Positions 7,410 through 17,801 of a stretch of 19,419 nucleotides of DNA are shown piece by piece. This DNA comes from a virus (taxonomy: Duplodnaviria; Heunggongvirae; Uroviricota; Caudoviricetes). The notes under the pieces are model-generated. The model was given only the letters and a program-made list of their open reading frames with translations. It was not told where the DNA came from and made no database searches. The stretch spans positions 1 through 19,419 of the IMG/VR virus record IMGVR_UViG_2645727562_000003; one strand, 5' to 3'. Position 1 is the first letter of the stretch. The number at the start of each line of letters is the position of its first letter. Both the position numbers and the translations under genes were made by a program.

Positions 7410-8102
7410 TTAAAACAACGAGCCAAGCAGACCAAGACCAGCACCGATACCAGCACCCCACGGAGTTGATAGCTCGAGAGCACTGGCTATGCCACCACCC
7501 AAAAGTGCACCGGATGCAGCACCACTAACCCCCTGCTGCAATGCTGACGGTCGGTTGGCGTTTGCCGCAGCCAGCGCCGCGCTTTGCTGTGAAATCTGAC
7601 TCATGTTGTTGGCATATGTTTGCCCGGCGTTTGCCTGTCCCTGAAGAGCGCCAAGACCGATATTTGCCAGGTTGTTGTAATTGTTCATTTGTCCAGATAG
7701 CCATTGCTGACCAAGCGTTGGTGCGATTGTTGCTAACTGATTACTGGTTGCGGTGGAACCCAATCCACCTGTTGCTTCCGCTGCAGCCAGACTCTGATAG
7801 CGAGCCTGACCAGCAAGATCTTTATACTGCTGAGAGTTGTAATACTGGTTAAGTGCCTGACCTTGCCCTTCCAGAGACGATAAGTTCTCAAGGCTGCCGA
7901 CATACTTCCCAGCCAGAGGAGTAAACGGCTTCAGGTTGTTCATGATGGTATTGAACTGCTGATTTTGCAGGTCTGCGGCATACTTCTGAGCTTCTGCGGC
8001 ATACTTTGCGCTTTTATCAGAACTGCCACCTTTCCCGCCTTTTTCATGGCAATAAGGTTCCTCGCCGCGCAGTTTTCTGCCCAGCTTAAATGCATATAAC
8101 AT
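7410..8102 (-). CDS. Ejection (DNA-transfer) protein, P22 gp7 homologue
   Basis: 230 aa; MLYAFKLGRKLRGEEP...KGGKGGSSDKSAKYAAEAQKYAADLQNQQFNTIMNNLKPF matches P22 gp7 from memory. GGGAG SD. Confidence 0.8.
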   Translation of the reverse strand: MLYAFKLGRKLRGEEPYCHEKGGKGGSSDKSAKYAAEAQKYAADLQNQQFNTIMNNLKPFTPLAGKYVGSLENLSSLEGQGQALNQYYNSQQYKDLAGQARYQSLAAAEATGGLGSTATSNQLATIAPTLGQQWLSGQMNNYNNLANIGLGALQGQANAGQTYANNMSQISQQSAALAAANANRPSALQQGVSGAASGALLGGGIASALELSTPWGAGIGAGLGLLGSLF

Positions 8103-8104
8103 GG

Positions 8105-8563
8105 CTATCTCCCGTGATTCAGGAAGTCGATTAGTTCTTCGCGTGTGGCGCTGTAAAATGTCACGTCATCCACGCCTTTGAAGTATTTCTTGATGGTTCC
8201 TACTCGCTTAAGGCCAATCATTGCGCAGTACATCTGCCCGTGGCGGAATTTGCGTGCAGCGAACGATGTGACGCAATGAACGGTGGTGTTAGTCAGAATG
8301 TATCGCCAGAACGCCAGACCGATTTCCTTGCTGAAGCCGCGAATCTCTGGCAGGTACATGGCGTGGCAATCAAAGGTTAGCGGCTGAATCTCCTGATAGT
8401 AAACAATGCCGCCGAACTGTCCGTGCACGTTCACCTCAAAGTAACGGCAATCAGGTTTGTAGTCGTATCCATCACCGTTGTTGCTCCCGGCAATAATGTC
8501 AGGGTGATTTCCGACTGCTTCGATCAGGTCGATGTTTCGCGTTGGTTTGAACTGAATCATCAC
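8105..8563 (-). CDS. Head/tail assembly protein, P22 gp14-like (assigned by synteny)
   Basis: 152-aa ORF between the tail needle and gp7 homologues; ATGA overlap with the needle gene stop. Homology was not recognised directly; the call rests on conserved gene order. Confidence 0.55.
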   Translation of the reverse strand: MMIQFKPTRNIDLIEAVGNHPDIIAGSNNGDGYDYKPDCRYFEVNVHGQFGGIVYYQEIQPLTFDCHAMYLPEIRGFSKEIGLAFWRYILTNTTVHCVTSFAARKFRHGQMYCAMIGLKRVGTIKKYFKGVDDVTFYSATREELIDFLNHGR

Positions 8564-9408
8564 TGCTCCGCGATTATCTTGATGGTTGTGGCAGTAAACG
8601 CCGCACCATTTGACTGGATGGTTAACGTACTGCCATTTGTGGCAAGAAAGCCGTCTTTATCAACGCTAAAGAACGTAGCTAACAGGATGTTGTCGGTTGT
8701 TGTCGCCGAGTTGCGACTGCTTACCAGTGTGTCAGGAACAGAGCCGGAAAAAGTTAGCTGCATTGACCTGTTGGCGGTTCCGCTGGGCCACGTCCCGACA
8801 ATCGACAGCTTGAAGAACAGGGTTTTGTTCTCGTTGAACACAACCATCTTGTTGTTAACGGTGTCGAAGAATGGTGCCAACGTGCCGGATGACGGCGTGA
8901 GCGTTTTCAGCAGGCTAACAAGGTTGGTCGGCGCTGTCGGGATAGTTACAGATACGCCAGAGTAAACAACCTCTGATTTCTTGCGAGTAGTGGCATACTT
9001 AAGAGCATCGATGCGCGTCTCATGGTCTGAAAGCGTGTTTTGAATGGCGACAACTTCATCCGTCAGATAATCAATATCGTTTTCTGCTGTCGTTAATCGC
9101 GAATCAAGGCCGACTATCGCCGCTTCTGCGTTAGTGATCCTTGTTTCGTGGTCCTGTATCTTCGCTTCAGCCGATGCCAGTCGAATTTCGTGATCAACCA
9201 GAATCACATCCTGCTCATCGTTCCTGACCTGTGCATCAAAAGCGCCTTGTCCGGCCTCGTTGGCCTTGTTCGCCACATTACCAACATCAGCACCCTGTGC
9301 AATAACGTAAAGCAGATACGACTGCGAGAAGATATTGCGTGGAAGGATTGATGTATCGAGCCGCGTCGCCCGAACAATAACAGGTGTATTGAGATTCGAA
9401 TCCGCCAT
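8560..9408 (-). CDS. Tail needle protein (P22 gp26 family) with extended C-terminal knob, Sf6 gp9-like
   Basis: 282 aa; N-terminus [39 protein letters not shown] matches the gp26 N-terminal tip. The coiled-coil region is followed by about 130 extra residues, as in the Sf6-type needle, whereas P22 gp26 is 233 aa. Confidence 0.8.
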   Translation of the reverse strand: MADSNLNTPVIVRATRLDTSILPRNIFSQSYLLYVIAQGADVGNVANKANEAGQGAFDAQVRNDEQDVILVDHEIRLASAEAKIQDHETRITNAEAAIVGLDSRLTTAENDIDYLTDEVVAIQNTLSDHETRIDALKYATTRKKSEVVYSGVSVTIPTAPTNLVSLLKTLTPSSGTLAPFFDTVNNKMVVFNENKTLFFKLSIVGTWPSGTANRSMQLTFSGSVPDTLVSSRNSATTTDNILLATFFSVDKDGFLATNGSTLTIQSNGAAFTATTIKIIAEQ

Positions 9409-10826
9409 TACTCAATCCTTATCTGAGCACCAGACAGAGTGACAGGTGACTTCGTGATAACGCGCAATTTGAAGCCAATGTTTTTCCTGATGCGCCCTAC
9501 TCGCTTCCACAAAACACGTTTGTCGTAAACGAACGGTTCATTCTGCTCAATCATCTGCTCACGCCCGTAATTGATGCCGTCAGTGGTTGCAGAGAGAAAA
9601 AGGCGGTCAGCATACTGCGCAACGCCAGTTGACGACTCAACCTCAAGGTCGAACACTCTGGCGTTATCCGCTTTGAACAACGGAGTAAACAGCAGGTGTT
9701 CCTGTTGAAGACCATACTGACTGCTGATATCGAACTGCAATTTCCCGGTCACGGACTCCAGCTTATCGCCGCACGTTATCTGATTGCCTTCGTAAATGAA
9801 GTCGATAGCGCGGTACACATCGTCATACAAGCCAGTTTTCAACACACACCATTGCGGGCCATTGGCGCTTGAAGATGCGTCGTACACGAGGACATGACGC
9901 GGAAGGTGGATAATCAGCAACTCATGAGCATCAAATCGCAGAGACTCCATCACGCCATCAGCCAGTTCATCAGCAGTGTAGGAGCGGAGGATTTTCTCAA
10001 TGCTCGCGCTGGCGATTGGTGATACCTGACCGGAGCCGATGATGTATACAGACGGCGCACCTGTTGCCGGATTGCTGATGAACGCATACGAGTCAGCAAA
10101 CGGCGTTTTGCAGTAGGTCCCGGCAATGCCTTTCTGCACCATCAGCGATGGCTGGGCGACATACAAAGCAGCACCAACGGTGGTTGCACCAGTCAGGGAG
10201 AAATATTCAATCGTCGATGAACCAAAGCAGACGATGAAGTCTCGCCATGTCCCGATACCGATGATGCCGTCCGGCTGAGACTCGGCACGATATTGTGCGC
10301 TGTAACGGTCAGGATGCGATTCGTCTTCAAGATCAGTGATAAACCATGAATCAGTACCGTCTTTTGACCACGCATAACGCCCGCGTAAGCGCGTAATGTC
10401 ACGAACAGAACCTAACTCATACTGCGTGAATCCGCTGTCTGTAGGCCAGTTTGAGACGGTTTTAACCGTGCCATCATAGCGATACTCGACCAGTTGACCA
10501 TTAACGCCTACCGCCTGTGATGTCCGACCATGCGCCATTGATACACGACCACTTCCGGCGACATCACCAACCTCGCTTTCTCCTTTGTACAGTTTGCCAC
10601 CACACACGCGATAAACAGCACTCTGCGCCATGTTGTACTCGACGCCGCGCGATACACCGTTCACATCAGAACGTTTGGCAATGCCCGGGAATGAGCGAAG
10701 ATATCCGCTGCTGTTGAGGATTTCTTTGGGTGTAGCCAGCATATTAACTGGCAGATAGTCGATATAGTCGGCGTTTCGAAAGTCTTTGCCGACACCTTTC
10801 ATAAGCGGAAGTTGCTGAATCGGCAT
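9408..10826 (-). CDS. Tail hub / packaged-DNA stabilisation protein, P22 gp10 homologue
   Basis: 472 aa, the same length as P22 gp10; position between the gp4 and gp26 homologues; TAATG overlap with the needle gene. Confidence 0.75.
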   Translation of the reverse strand: MPIQQLPLMKGVGKDFRNADYIDYLPVNMLATPKEILNSSGYLRSFPGIAKRSDVNGVSRGVEYNMAQSAVYRVCGGKLYKGESEVGDVAGSGRVSMAHGRTSQAVGVNGQLVEYRYDGTVKTVSNWPTDSGFTQYELGSVRDITRLRGRYAWSKDGTDSWFITDLEDESHPDRYSAQYRAESQPDGIIGIGTWRDFIVCFGSSTIEYFSLTGATTVGAALYVAQPSLMVQKGIAGTYCKTPFADSYAFISNPATGAPSVYIIGSGQVSPIASASIEKILRSYTADELADGVMESLRFDAHELLIIHLPRHVLVYDASSSANGPQWCVLKTGLYDDVYRAIDFIYEGNQITCGDKLESVTGKLQFDISSQYGLQQEHLLFTPLFKADNARVFDLEVESSTGVAQYADRLFLSATTDGINYGREQMIEQNEPFVYDKRVLWKRVGRIRKNIGFKLRVITKSPVTLSGAQIRIE

Positions 10827-10835
10827 TTATTCACC

Positions 10836-11297
10836 TCACGTACTCGGATCATCTTTCTCGATGTAAAACCGATTCCACGTAAACGCGCTTTTGTTACCAC
10901 TACCGCGAGGCATGTCATTTCGCCGCTCAAGTGGTGGTATTTTGGTTAAAGCGATGCAGATTGTCTGATATGCGCTGTCAGCAGCGGTAAGGAGAGCATC
11001 TGACGGCTGAATGACGTTATCCATGCACACTTGCACAGCGAGTTTCAAAGCGACGCCATCATTTGCCCATGCAGGGATACCTGAATCATCGTCAGGTAAC
11101 GGCATGATGCCGTTTTCTGTATCAGCAAACTGATATCCAAGCTCGATACCTTTCGCCTGCCATGCTGCCATCATGTCTTCGAGGTCATTAATGGCATCTT
11201 CTATTGCCTGAGGGTCGGCATCTGTCAACGTGGCATTGGAATACAGCCCGGCTTTTCGTAAAGCCTTAAGAACGAGATCACCCTTCGTTTTCGCCAT
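10836..11297 (-). CDS. Head-to-tail adaptor / tail accessory factor, P22 gp4 homologue
   Basis: 153 aa; N-terminus MAKTKGDLVLKALRKAGLYSNATLTDADPQAIEDAINDLEDMMAAW resembles P22 gp4. Confidence 0.75.
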   Translation of the reverse strand: MAKTKGDLVLKALRKAGLYSNATLTDADPQAIEDAINDLEDMMAAWQAKGIELGYQFADTENGIMPLPDDDSGIPAWANDGVALKLAVQVCMDNVIQPSDALLTAADSAYQTICIALTKIPPLERRNDMPRGSGNKSAFTWNRFYIEKDDPST

Positions 11298-11466
11298 CTT
11301 CTTCCGCCTTAGCCACTTTTTGCTTCATTGCGGTTTCTTCAGGAGTTTTTACCCAGCCTTTTTTCAGGTGAGATTTAACTTCTTCGTCATCAACAATGAC
11401 GTAATCGACAGCAAACTGACCACAGGTGATCATGTTGCCAGGCTTATAGAGCATTGTTCGTGCCAT
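11278..11466 (-). CDS. Small hypothetical protein (62 aa) between coat and gp4-like genes, in the position of Sf6 gp6
   Basis: ATG 11464-11466 preceded by GGGAGAAG, immediately downstream of the coat terminator. The track start (11505) is an upstream extension into the terminator. Confidence 0.45.
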   Translation of the reverse strand: MARTMLYKPGNMITCGQFAVDYVIVDDEEVKSHLKKGWVKTPEETAMKQKVAKAEEDGENEG

Positions 11467-11477
11467 TGTCTTCTCCC

Positions 11478-11500
11478 AATAAAAATGGGGCCGAAGCCCC
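11478..11500 (-). terminator. Intrinsic terminator (probably partial) immediately after the coat gene
   Basis: Minus-strand RNA GGGGC-UUCG-GCCCC (UUCG tetraloop) followed by AUUUUUAUU; lies 7 nt after the coat stop and before the next gene's SD. Confidence 0.6.
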
Positions 11501-11507
11501 ACCAAAA

Positions 11508-12761
11508 TTACTGCCCGGCAATAACGATGCCCGTATATTCAGGAACCAGTACAGAGCAACCGTACAGAGTGGTGAAACGCGCAGTGGTTACACCTTTGAT
11601 GTGGTCGAAGGCGTAAGACATGATCAGCGTAGCGCCCTGCTCGGTGGTTGCTGTCATTACCTGTGGACCCTGACCAGTCGGGAACGCCAGTTTGCCGTAC
11701 ATCAGCTCAACAGAACCATCAGCCCAGAACAGGTTAGCAGGTGCTGCGTTCTTGTTGAGAATGGTGATTGCTGCTGATGCTGCCGGCTTGGCATCGACGT
11801 TTGCATATGGACGACTCGCAACATCGGCATTTTCAACAGGGAGAATCTTTGGAGAGATTGTTACGGTAGTTCCGCTAACAGCCAGAACACGGAATACCTG
11901 CGGTTGCCCGGTGGTATCTTTTGTGATCTGGTGTACGGAATTCACACCGGCAATGGTGAACGCATCACCAACCTGCAAGCCAGATGCAGATACCGTAATA
12001 GTCCCCTGTCGGTTATCAACTGGCATACCATTTAAATCTTTCGCTTCAACCTTGTGTTCAGGTTGGCCTGATACTGTCAAGGATTCAGTGCTTCCTTTCG
12101 GTAATCGACCAAAAATATCGGTCTTGTAGCTATCAAAGGAAGCAACCGGAGGGATCTGCGCTTTTTCGTATGCTGTCAGGGTTGCGCCCTGAGCATAGGC
12201 ACGGTGACCAAGCTCGCCTGCAAGATCTTTGTAGTTGAAGGGGTTCCAGAAAGAGCGACGGTTGATGCCCTGAGGTACACCAATCGCCGTCATGGTGGCA
12301 TCAATGCCTGCCGCACAGTTCCACAAATCACGGCCCTGTGTACCTGTGGTTGAGTCAGCCATCGTGATCACGTTAGTAGCACGCTGCGTGACCATGGAAA
12401 TCAGGTCAGAGTCAATCTGTGCAGCAAGGCGCATACCTGCGGCGCGACCAGCTTCAGTTTTATGTTCCGGGTCACGCATTTCACGCGCATCCAGAGTGTA
12501 CAGAATGTTTTTCGGCTCCTTGAACACAGAAGGAACAAGGCGCTGAACCAGTGCTGTAGGCGTTTTTCCGCTGAGGTCGAGGCCTTCCTCAATGTTCATG
12601 TGGTAATGCTGCGGACGATACAGAACATCACCTGCTCGCTGCATTGCTGTATCACCGGGACGGAATTTTTTAGCGTTACGGGAAACTACGCAGGCGGCCT
12701 CAAAGCCTTCAACGTAGTTTTCGAACATGATTTCAAGGTCTTTTGCTAATTGGTTAGCCAT
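11508..12761 (-). CDS. Major capsid (coat) protein
   Basis: 417 aa; follows the scaffold gene in the conserved order; length fits P22/Sf6 coat proteins (about 420-430 aa). Confidence 0.85.
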   Translation of the reverse strand: MANQLAKDLEIMFENYVEGFEAACVVSRNAKKFRPGDTAMQRAGDVLYRPQHYHMNIEEGLDLSGKTPTALVQRLVPSVFKEPKNILYTLDAREMRDPEHKTEAGRAAGMRLAAQIDSDLISMVTQRATNVITMADSTTGTQGRDLWNCAAGIDATMTAIGVPQGINRRSFWNPFNYKDLAGELGHRAYAQGATLTAYEKAQIPPVASFDSYKTDIFGRLPKGSTESLTVSGQPEHKVEAKDLNGMPVDNRQGTITVSASGLQVGDAFTIAGVNSVHQITKDTTGQPQVFRVLAVSGTTVTISPKILPVENADVASRPYANVDAKPAASAAITILNKNAAPANLFWADGSVELMYGKLAFPTGQGPQVMTATTEQGATLIMSYAFDHIKGVTTARFTTLYGCSVLVPEYTGIVIAGQ

Positions 12762-12779
12762 GCTTAATGCTCCGATAGG

Positions 12780-13673
12780 TTATTTTTTTGCCTTTTTAGC
12801 GGCGAAATACGGCGTCCAGTCACCAGTTTCCAGCGCCTTGGCTTTCAGTTTGTCGAGGTTGTTGATTACTGCGCCGTTGCTCCCCTTAACTGTCGGGGTT
12901 GTGGCTGCCGTGGTTTTTGCTTTTGGCATGATTCTGGCCTTCGATTCGATACGTTCCAGCAGACGACCAATTGCTACGGGGTTGGTAGCTTCTGCCAGTT
13001 GCTTGCGCAGTTCAGCGTTGCGACCAAGCGCCAGAACAACGATTTCCGGCTTCTCTGACTCAAACAGGATCGCGTTTTGTGTCTCGATGGGGATTTCCTC
13101 GAGTACGGCCTGTTCTGCTTCCTGATAGCCAGGAACCTTGAGAGCCTTAACACGTTGCTGATATTTGGATAATCGCTCTTGATAAGCAGCCTGAAGCTCC
13201 TGCTCCTTCTGCTTGCGAGCCATCTCCTGTTGCTGGTACTTTCCGTTATCATCTGCCCACTTAGCCATGCGTTGCTGATAGATTTCTTCATCGAAACCGA
13301 TGTCCTCATCATCCAGTTTTGGCATTCGCGGTGGTTGAGTGATTACCGGCTGCTGCTCGACGGTTTTCTGAGACTGACGCATCAGCTCTTTCAGCTCGCG
13401 GTCTTTCTCTTTAATCGTCTTGCGCAGGTGTTTTACCAGTCCATGCTCTGCGCTATCTTCGCTGGTTGGCGAATCCAGCTTTTCGTCACCAAAGTAGAAT
13501 TCCTGTTCTGATTCGTCGTCATCAGTTTCAGTAGCTTCCTCTGCATCATTGCCAGAGGACTCACTGCCATCTTCTGTTTCGACTTCTTCAGCCAGTTCGA
13601 CATCATCAGGAATCTGCTCTGACGCGTCGGTTTCGATTTCAACTTCTGGTGTGTTTTCTGCCATCTGGTCCAT
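12780..13673 (-). CDS. Scaffolding protein
   Basis: 297 aa, strongly acidic N-terminal region, charged coiled-coil-like middle (QQEMARKQKEQELQAAYQERLSKYQQR), basic C-terminus. Position between portal and coat. Confidence 0.8.
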   Translation of the reverse strand: MDQMAENTPEVEIETDASEQIPDDVELAEEVETEDGSESSGNDAEEATETDDDESEQEFYFGDEKLDSPTSEDSAEHGLVKHLRKTIKEKDRELKELMRQSQKTVEQQPVITQPPRMPKLDDEDIGFDEEIYQQRMAKWADDNGKYQQQEMARKQKEQELQAAYQERLSKYQQRVKALKVPGYQEAEQAVLEEIPIETQNAILFESEKPEIVVLALGRNAELRKQLAEATNPVAIGRLLERIESKARIMPKAKTTAATTPTVKGSNGAVINNLDKLKAKALETGDWTPYFAAKKAKK

Positions 13674-13763
13674 TTGTTACCCCTGTTTACTCGATGTTCA
13701 GCCCATCGGAAGGCAATAGGGTGCCAGGCCTCATAAAGACAGCCATTGCACGTTATGGGTTAA

Positions 13764-15962
13764 TTACTGCTGTGGTTGTTGCTGAGTTGATTTTTGCAGG
13801 ATGCTGCTGATGTCCATGCGCTGCGCATGACCCTGTGCCTGACTTTTCAGGACAAGCTCTGCATCAGCACGGGCATTGTCTCCTTGCTGTTGCTGGAACT
13901 GTCCGAGCAGTTTCAGAGCCTCGCGGATATCAGATTTCTGCTGACTATCGGCAGATGCGAGTATTTTCACAACATTTGCCGCTGCAACCTGAGCATCAGT
14001 CTGTGCCTGGAATGCTTTAACCTGAATGGCTGCCTGTTCGTTCTGCGCTTTCTGCAATTCAGCCTGACCAGCAAGAAGCTGACCTTGCGCAGCAACCATA
14101 GCCGGATCTGGCTGACTGGCCTGTTGTTGTTTCGCCTGCTCAACCATCTTCTGTTCTTCTGGTGTTCTCGGCTTGATAACTCCAGACAGAAGCAACTGAT
14201 TGCGGTTGTATTCTTTAAGGTCGTCCATCCCTTCGCCGTCCATATTGTCGAGAATCATCGACGATACAAGGTCGTGCTTCGGCGTTCCTGGTGGGATAAG
14301 TGCCAGCATGGAAAGTAACGACTTAACCGTTGCATCACGGCGAGTAGCGAACGACTGACCGACATCGACAGTCACTTCATAGTTGCCCTGCGAAAGGTCA
14401 TTAAGCGCGATAACCTGCCCTGTCTGACGGTCAACCACTTCACCAGTCATCAGCGCCACGTCATCGCTGCCGTCCTCATTAACGATACGCATCGGCGTAT
14501 CACTGCCATAGACCTCACGCGCCATAGAAAGCCACACAACGCCAGCGCGACGCATGGATTTAGCCATGTTGTCCATGTAGATATAGGACTGCGTATCCAT
14601 CCGGTTAAAGATGCTATCAACGGTATCGGTGGCGACGTTGCTCGGCATGTTCTCAAGCTGCGACGCACCTGTAATTTGCTGAATAGCCGTTCCGGTGTAC
14701 TGCAATAGCCCGGCAAGAGCTGGAGGCATTTGTGTCGGAGGCGTATAACTGCTGACCTGAGCCTGCGCAGTAATATCTCCGTTTTTGTTTTTCAGACTGA
14801 CCATCGGCAGGAACGCCGGGCGCTTTTTGTTGCGCTCCGCCCAATGAGTGGCGAGAGGACCAGGAATCATGTCAACATCAACTACAGGAATGCCATCACC
14901 GCCAGCCTGAGTAGCGTTATCTGCAATCATGGAAACCATCAGGTTCTCAAGACGCTGTGCATCCATCGCTTTTGCTGCGTGGCCTTCGATTCGCTCCTGA
15001 TTATCAACAAATGAACGACGCCCATATACCGGGATGAGAGGAATATGTTCGCCCGGAATGCGCTTCGGTTCTTCCAGCCATTCAGCGCCAGACAGAAGAC
15101 CGCAATAAACGCGGCGTTTCTTCACCGTTCTCTCACCGATCAGTTCGAATGCACCATCGGTTAGCTCGTCGACAATATCTTTGATTTGCTCTTCATCATA
15201 GATTGCCGTTTCTCCGCTAACAGGGTTGCGCCACGCCGTGAGCTTCACCTTCTCTATGCGGACTTCATAGTAGCGACCAACATAGATAGCATCAGGAGTT
15301 GACCAGTCATATTGAGTGCCAGTGTCATCACGAGAAAGACTTGCCGCGATGGAATCAGGGTATTCAGCCTCGAACGCTTTAGGCGTCATGGAGAACATTT
15401 CCATAGCCCACATAGCATCAGAGCGGTCATATTGCTTGCTGTCCTGATCGAAGAAGACGCATGTCGCTGGGTCGTAAACAGGAAGAAGGCTGATGCGTCG
15501 CTGCTCGTTACTCGGATCCATTTCATCTTCGTAATCGGCACACATGCGGAAACAACCGAATCCGCCCGTTACAGCATCATCAAATGCGTTATCACACGCT
15601 TCGCCACCTGATGTTTCCTGATAGTCAGCGCGGAATTTGCCGTTCATTTTTTCGGCTAACGCTTCCGATGCCTTGTCATCCTTCGGCCTGAATTTAACGC
15701 TGATGCGATTCTGTCGATACTCGCCAATGATGCGATCACATTCACGGGCAATCTTATTTAGTTCAAAGCGCGGGTAATGCTCAAACCTGCCTTCATCAAA
15801 TGAGTAACCAGCGTTTGTGCTGCCTTCCCACTGTGCACCGGACACCCTGACGAAACGTTGAGCCTCAATAATCTGCTCACGCATATCCTGCGTTGCTGAC
15901 CAGGCATTATCAAAGTTGCACAGCACCTTGCGATGCCAGTCAGTCATCTTTTTTTCTGCCAT
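13764..15962 (-). CDS. Portal protein (P22 gp1 family)
   Basis: 732 aa. Internal region KRRRVY...GEHIPLIPVYG and the Gln-rich C-terminal tail (...QAQGHAQRMDISSILQKSTQQQPQQ) resemble the P22 portal and its C-terminal barrel. Immediately downstream of the large terminase gene. Confidence 0.85.
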   Translation of the reverse strand: MAEKKMTDWHRKVLCNFDNAWSATQDMREQIIEAQRFVRVSGAQWEGSTNAGYSFDEGRFEHYPRFELNKIARECDRIIGEYRQNRISVKFRPKDDKASEALAEKMNGKFRADYQETSGGEACDNAFDDAVTGGFGCFRMCADYEDEMDPSNEQRRISLLPVYDPATCVFFDQDSKQYDRSDAMWAMEMFSMTPKAFEAEYPDSIAASLSRDDTGTQYDWSTPDAIYVGRYYEVRIEKVKLTAWRNPVSGETAIYDEEQIKDIVDELTDGAFELIGERTVKKRRVYCGLLSGAEWLEEPKRIPGEHIPLIPVYGRRSFVDNQERIEGHAAKAMDAQRLENLMVSMIADNATQAGGDGIPVVDVDMIPGPLATHWAERNKKRPAFLPMVSLKNKNGDITAQAQVSSYTPPTQMPPALAGLLQYTGTAIQQITGASQLENMPSNVATDTVDSIFNRMDTQSYIYMDNMAKSMRRAGVVWLSMAREVYGSDTPMRIVNEDGSDDVALMTGEVVDRQTGQVIALNDLSQGNYEVTVDVGQSFATRRDATVKSLLSMLALIPPGTPKHDLVSSMILDNMDGEGMDDLKEYNRNQLLLSGVIKPRTPEEQKMVEQAKQQQASQPDPAMVAAQGQLLAGQAELQKAQNEQAAIQVKAFQAQTDAQVAAANVVKILASADSQQKSDIREALKLLGQFQQQQGDNARADAELVLKSQAQGHAQRMDISSILQKSTQQQPQQ

Positions 15963-15963
15963 A

Positions 15964-17379
15964 TCAACCTACACCACAAGGAATTGAGTAACTGGAATAG
16001 TCTGGTTGCGCAACCGACTCCGGGCAATGCATACACATCATCAACGCATCAGCCAGGTTAGGAGATGGAATACCGAGCTTCTGCTTCATTTCGACCTTAG
16101 TCATAAGCTCCAGCTTCCCGTTGTTATTGAATTTGCGCTGAATCTGCGTCAGTTCTGCAAACAGCTTCTCCAGCATCTTCTCGCCTATCGCTTCTTTGTC
16201 GAAGCTCAGCATGTCGTCGGGGTCTGCATACTCACCGTGGACAACCGCCCGATATGTCAGATACAACCTGTCAGCCAGCGCGTAATAGAATTGCGCTCGC
16301 TTATTGCGGAACACATCGCCAATAGTGCGAACGTTGTCGCCCTGCACGACTTCATCAGCCCATGCTCCGGCCTGATACGGTGCATCTTCATCGAACGGCG
16401 ATTCGCTGCCCTTGAACATCGTGGCGGTGATTTTCTTGCCGGAGAACGCTTCCGTTGTCTGTCTGCGTAGCCCCGCACCAACACCATCACCATCCCACAG
16501 GTAATGGTCAGCGCCGTCTTCAATTGCCAGCGAAGTAGCCCAGTCAGCACCATCGTTGATATCCATCAGCAGACCTTCGGCAATGCGCTTAACTACCGAA
16601 CCGTGACGCGATGCATAACCTTTAGCATCTGGCCCTGTATCTGATGGGTCATGCGCAGAGACAACAGCGCCTTTCGCTTTCCATCCGAGTTTCTTGTGCG
16701 CATCGGTTGCGGCTTCAAGCCATTCACGTTTGATGATTGCCATATCACTTGCGCTTACTGGCTCACCAAGCCAGATGTGACGATACAGTGTCGGGTTTCT
16801 GCGTTTGCACTCTTCCATCTCCAGACGGAGAACTTCAGGAAAGTGCGGGTTGTCGGTGTAGTTCACCGTCAGCAGGCAAATATCATCGGGAGGATTTACA
16901 ACGAATCGCTGATAGGTATCGTCGAGTATGTTCTTCGGGTTAAAGCTCACCCATATTTCGGAAAACGGCTTGCGGATGGTTGGTATCAGGATATCCCACG
17001 ATTCCTTTGTTACCGCTTCCGCTTCTTCCACCCAGCAGATATCAATGCCTTCGAGCGATTTAATCTTCGTCGGGTTGTTTTTGATGCCGTAGAACATGAA
17101 CTCAGCATTCGTTCCGAGATGACGAATCATGGAACGCTGAATTTCAAACTCAGCCGAATACCCTTCCCGCTCTATGGTGTCTTCAAGCAACCGGATTACC
17201 GAATCGCTGATACTGTTTTGCAGTTCACGAGCGCAGAGAATACGCACAGGCTGCCGACGCGCCGCTTCAACAAGCAGCCTCGCAATTGCCCATGACTTAC
17301 CGCTACCTCGACCGCCTTTGGCGACTTTGTAGCGATGCGCCTCAATGAACGGTTCAAAGATAGGATTAATCGAGGTCAT
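15964..17379 (-). CDS. Terminase large subunit
   Basis: 471 aa; Walker A motif KGGRGSGKS near the N-terminus; ATGA overlap with the small terminase stop. Confidence 0.9.
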   Translation of the reverse strand: MTSINPIFEPFIEAHRYKVAKGGRGSGKSWAIARLLVEAARRQPVRILCARELQNSISDSVIRLLEDTIEREGYSAEFEIQRSMIRHLGTNAEFMFYGIKNNPTKIKSLEGIDICWVEEAEAVTKESWDILIPTIRKPFSEIWVSFNPKNILDDTYQRFVVNPPDDICLLTVNYTDNPHFPEVLRLEMEECKRRNPTLYRHIWLGEPVSASDMAIIKREWLEAATDAHKKLGWKAKGAVVSAHDPSDTGPDAKGYASRHGSVVKRIAEGLLMDINDGADWATSLAIEDGADHYLWDGDGVGAGLRRQTTEAFSGKKITATMFKGSESPFDEDAPYQAGAWADEVVQGDNVRTIGDVFRNKRAQFYYALADRLYLTYRAVVHGEYADPDDMLSFDKEAIGEKMLEKLFAELTQIQRKFNNNGKLELMTKVEMKQKLGIPSPNLADALMMCMHCPESVAQPDYSSYSIPCGVG

Positions 17380-17801
17380 TTTCCGAATAGAGTGCTCATC
17401 GGTGATGTTTCAATCTGGATTGCGCCGCCGTCTTTGCCGACAAGCTCATTAGTTACCTTGTCGCCATACTTACGGGGATTCATTCTGGCCAGCGCCCATT
17501 TGCGGGTATCAACGCGAAGTCTTGCCTTTGCCACCTCGGCGGCATCAGGGATTACGTCGTCAGCAATTTCGAATATCTCTTCGAAAATAGAGTCGGCCCG
17601 AGTCTCTGTTGCCTTCGCGTACTGGTCACGAAACTCCTGATGTTCAGCCAGCCAGCGAAAAACTGATGTTTTGCTCGGCATTCCTGGGCGTTCGCAAACT
17701 TTGCGCAGACTCTCACCGGAGGAAAGCAATGCGCAAATGTCATTAGCCACCTCCGGCATATAATCAGAGGGGCGACCACCTTTCTTTTTCTCAGTCGCCA
17801 T
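17376..17801 (-). CDS. Terminase small subunit (Sf6 gp1-like)
   Basis: 141 aa; MATEKKKGGRPSDYMPEVANDICALLSSGESLRKVCERPGMP... closely resembles the Sf6 small terminase as I remember it; translationally coupled to the large subunit. Confidence 0.8.
   Translation of the reverse strand: MATEKKKGGRPSDYMPEVANDICALLSSGESLRKVCERPGMPSKTSVFRWLAEHQEFRDQYAKATETRADSIFEEIFEIADDVIPDAAEVAKARLRVDTRKWALARMNPRKYGDKVTNELVGKDGGAIQIETSPMSTLFGK

Noticed and set aside
4104-17379. Many 60-170-aa ORFs on the plus strand inside the structural genes (e.g. 5263-5532, 6150-6880, 8423-8965, 11230-11777, 12727-13125, 13794-14318, 16006-16470, 16651-17295)
   Set aside because: All lie antisense to, or frame-shifted within, well-supported structural genes with conserved order; they are low-complexity or start with non-ATG codons. 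Judged to be shadow ORFs.
17552-17779. 75-aa minus-strand ORF inside the small terminase gene
   Set aside because: Alternative frame of the small terminase gene; no independent support.
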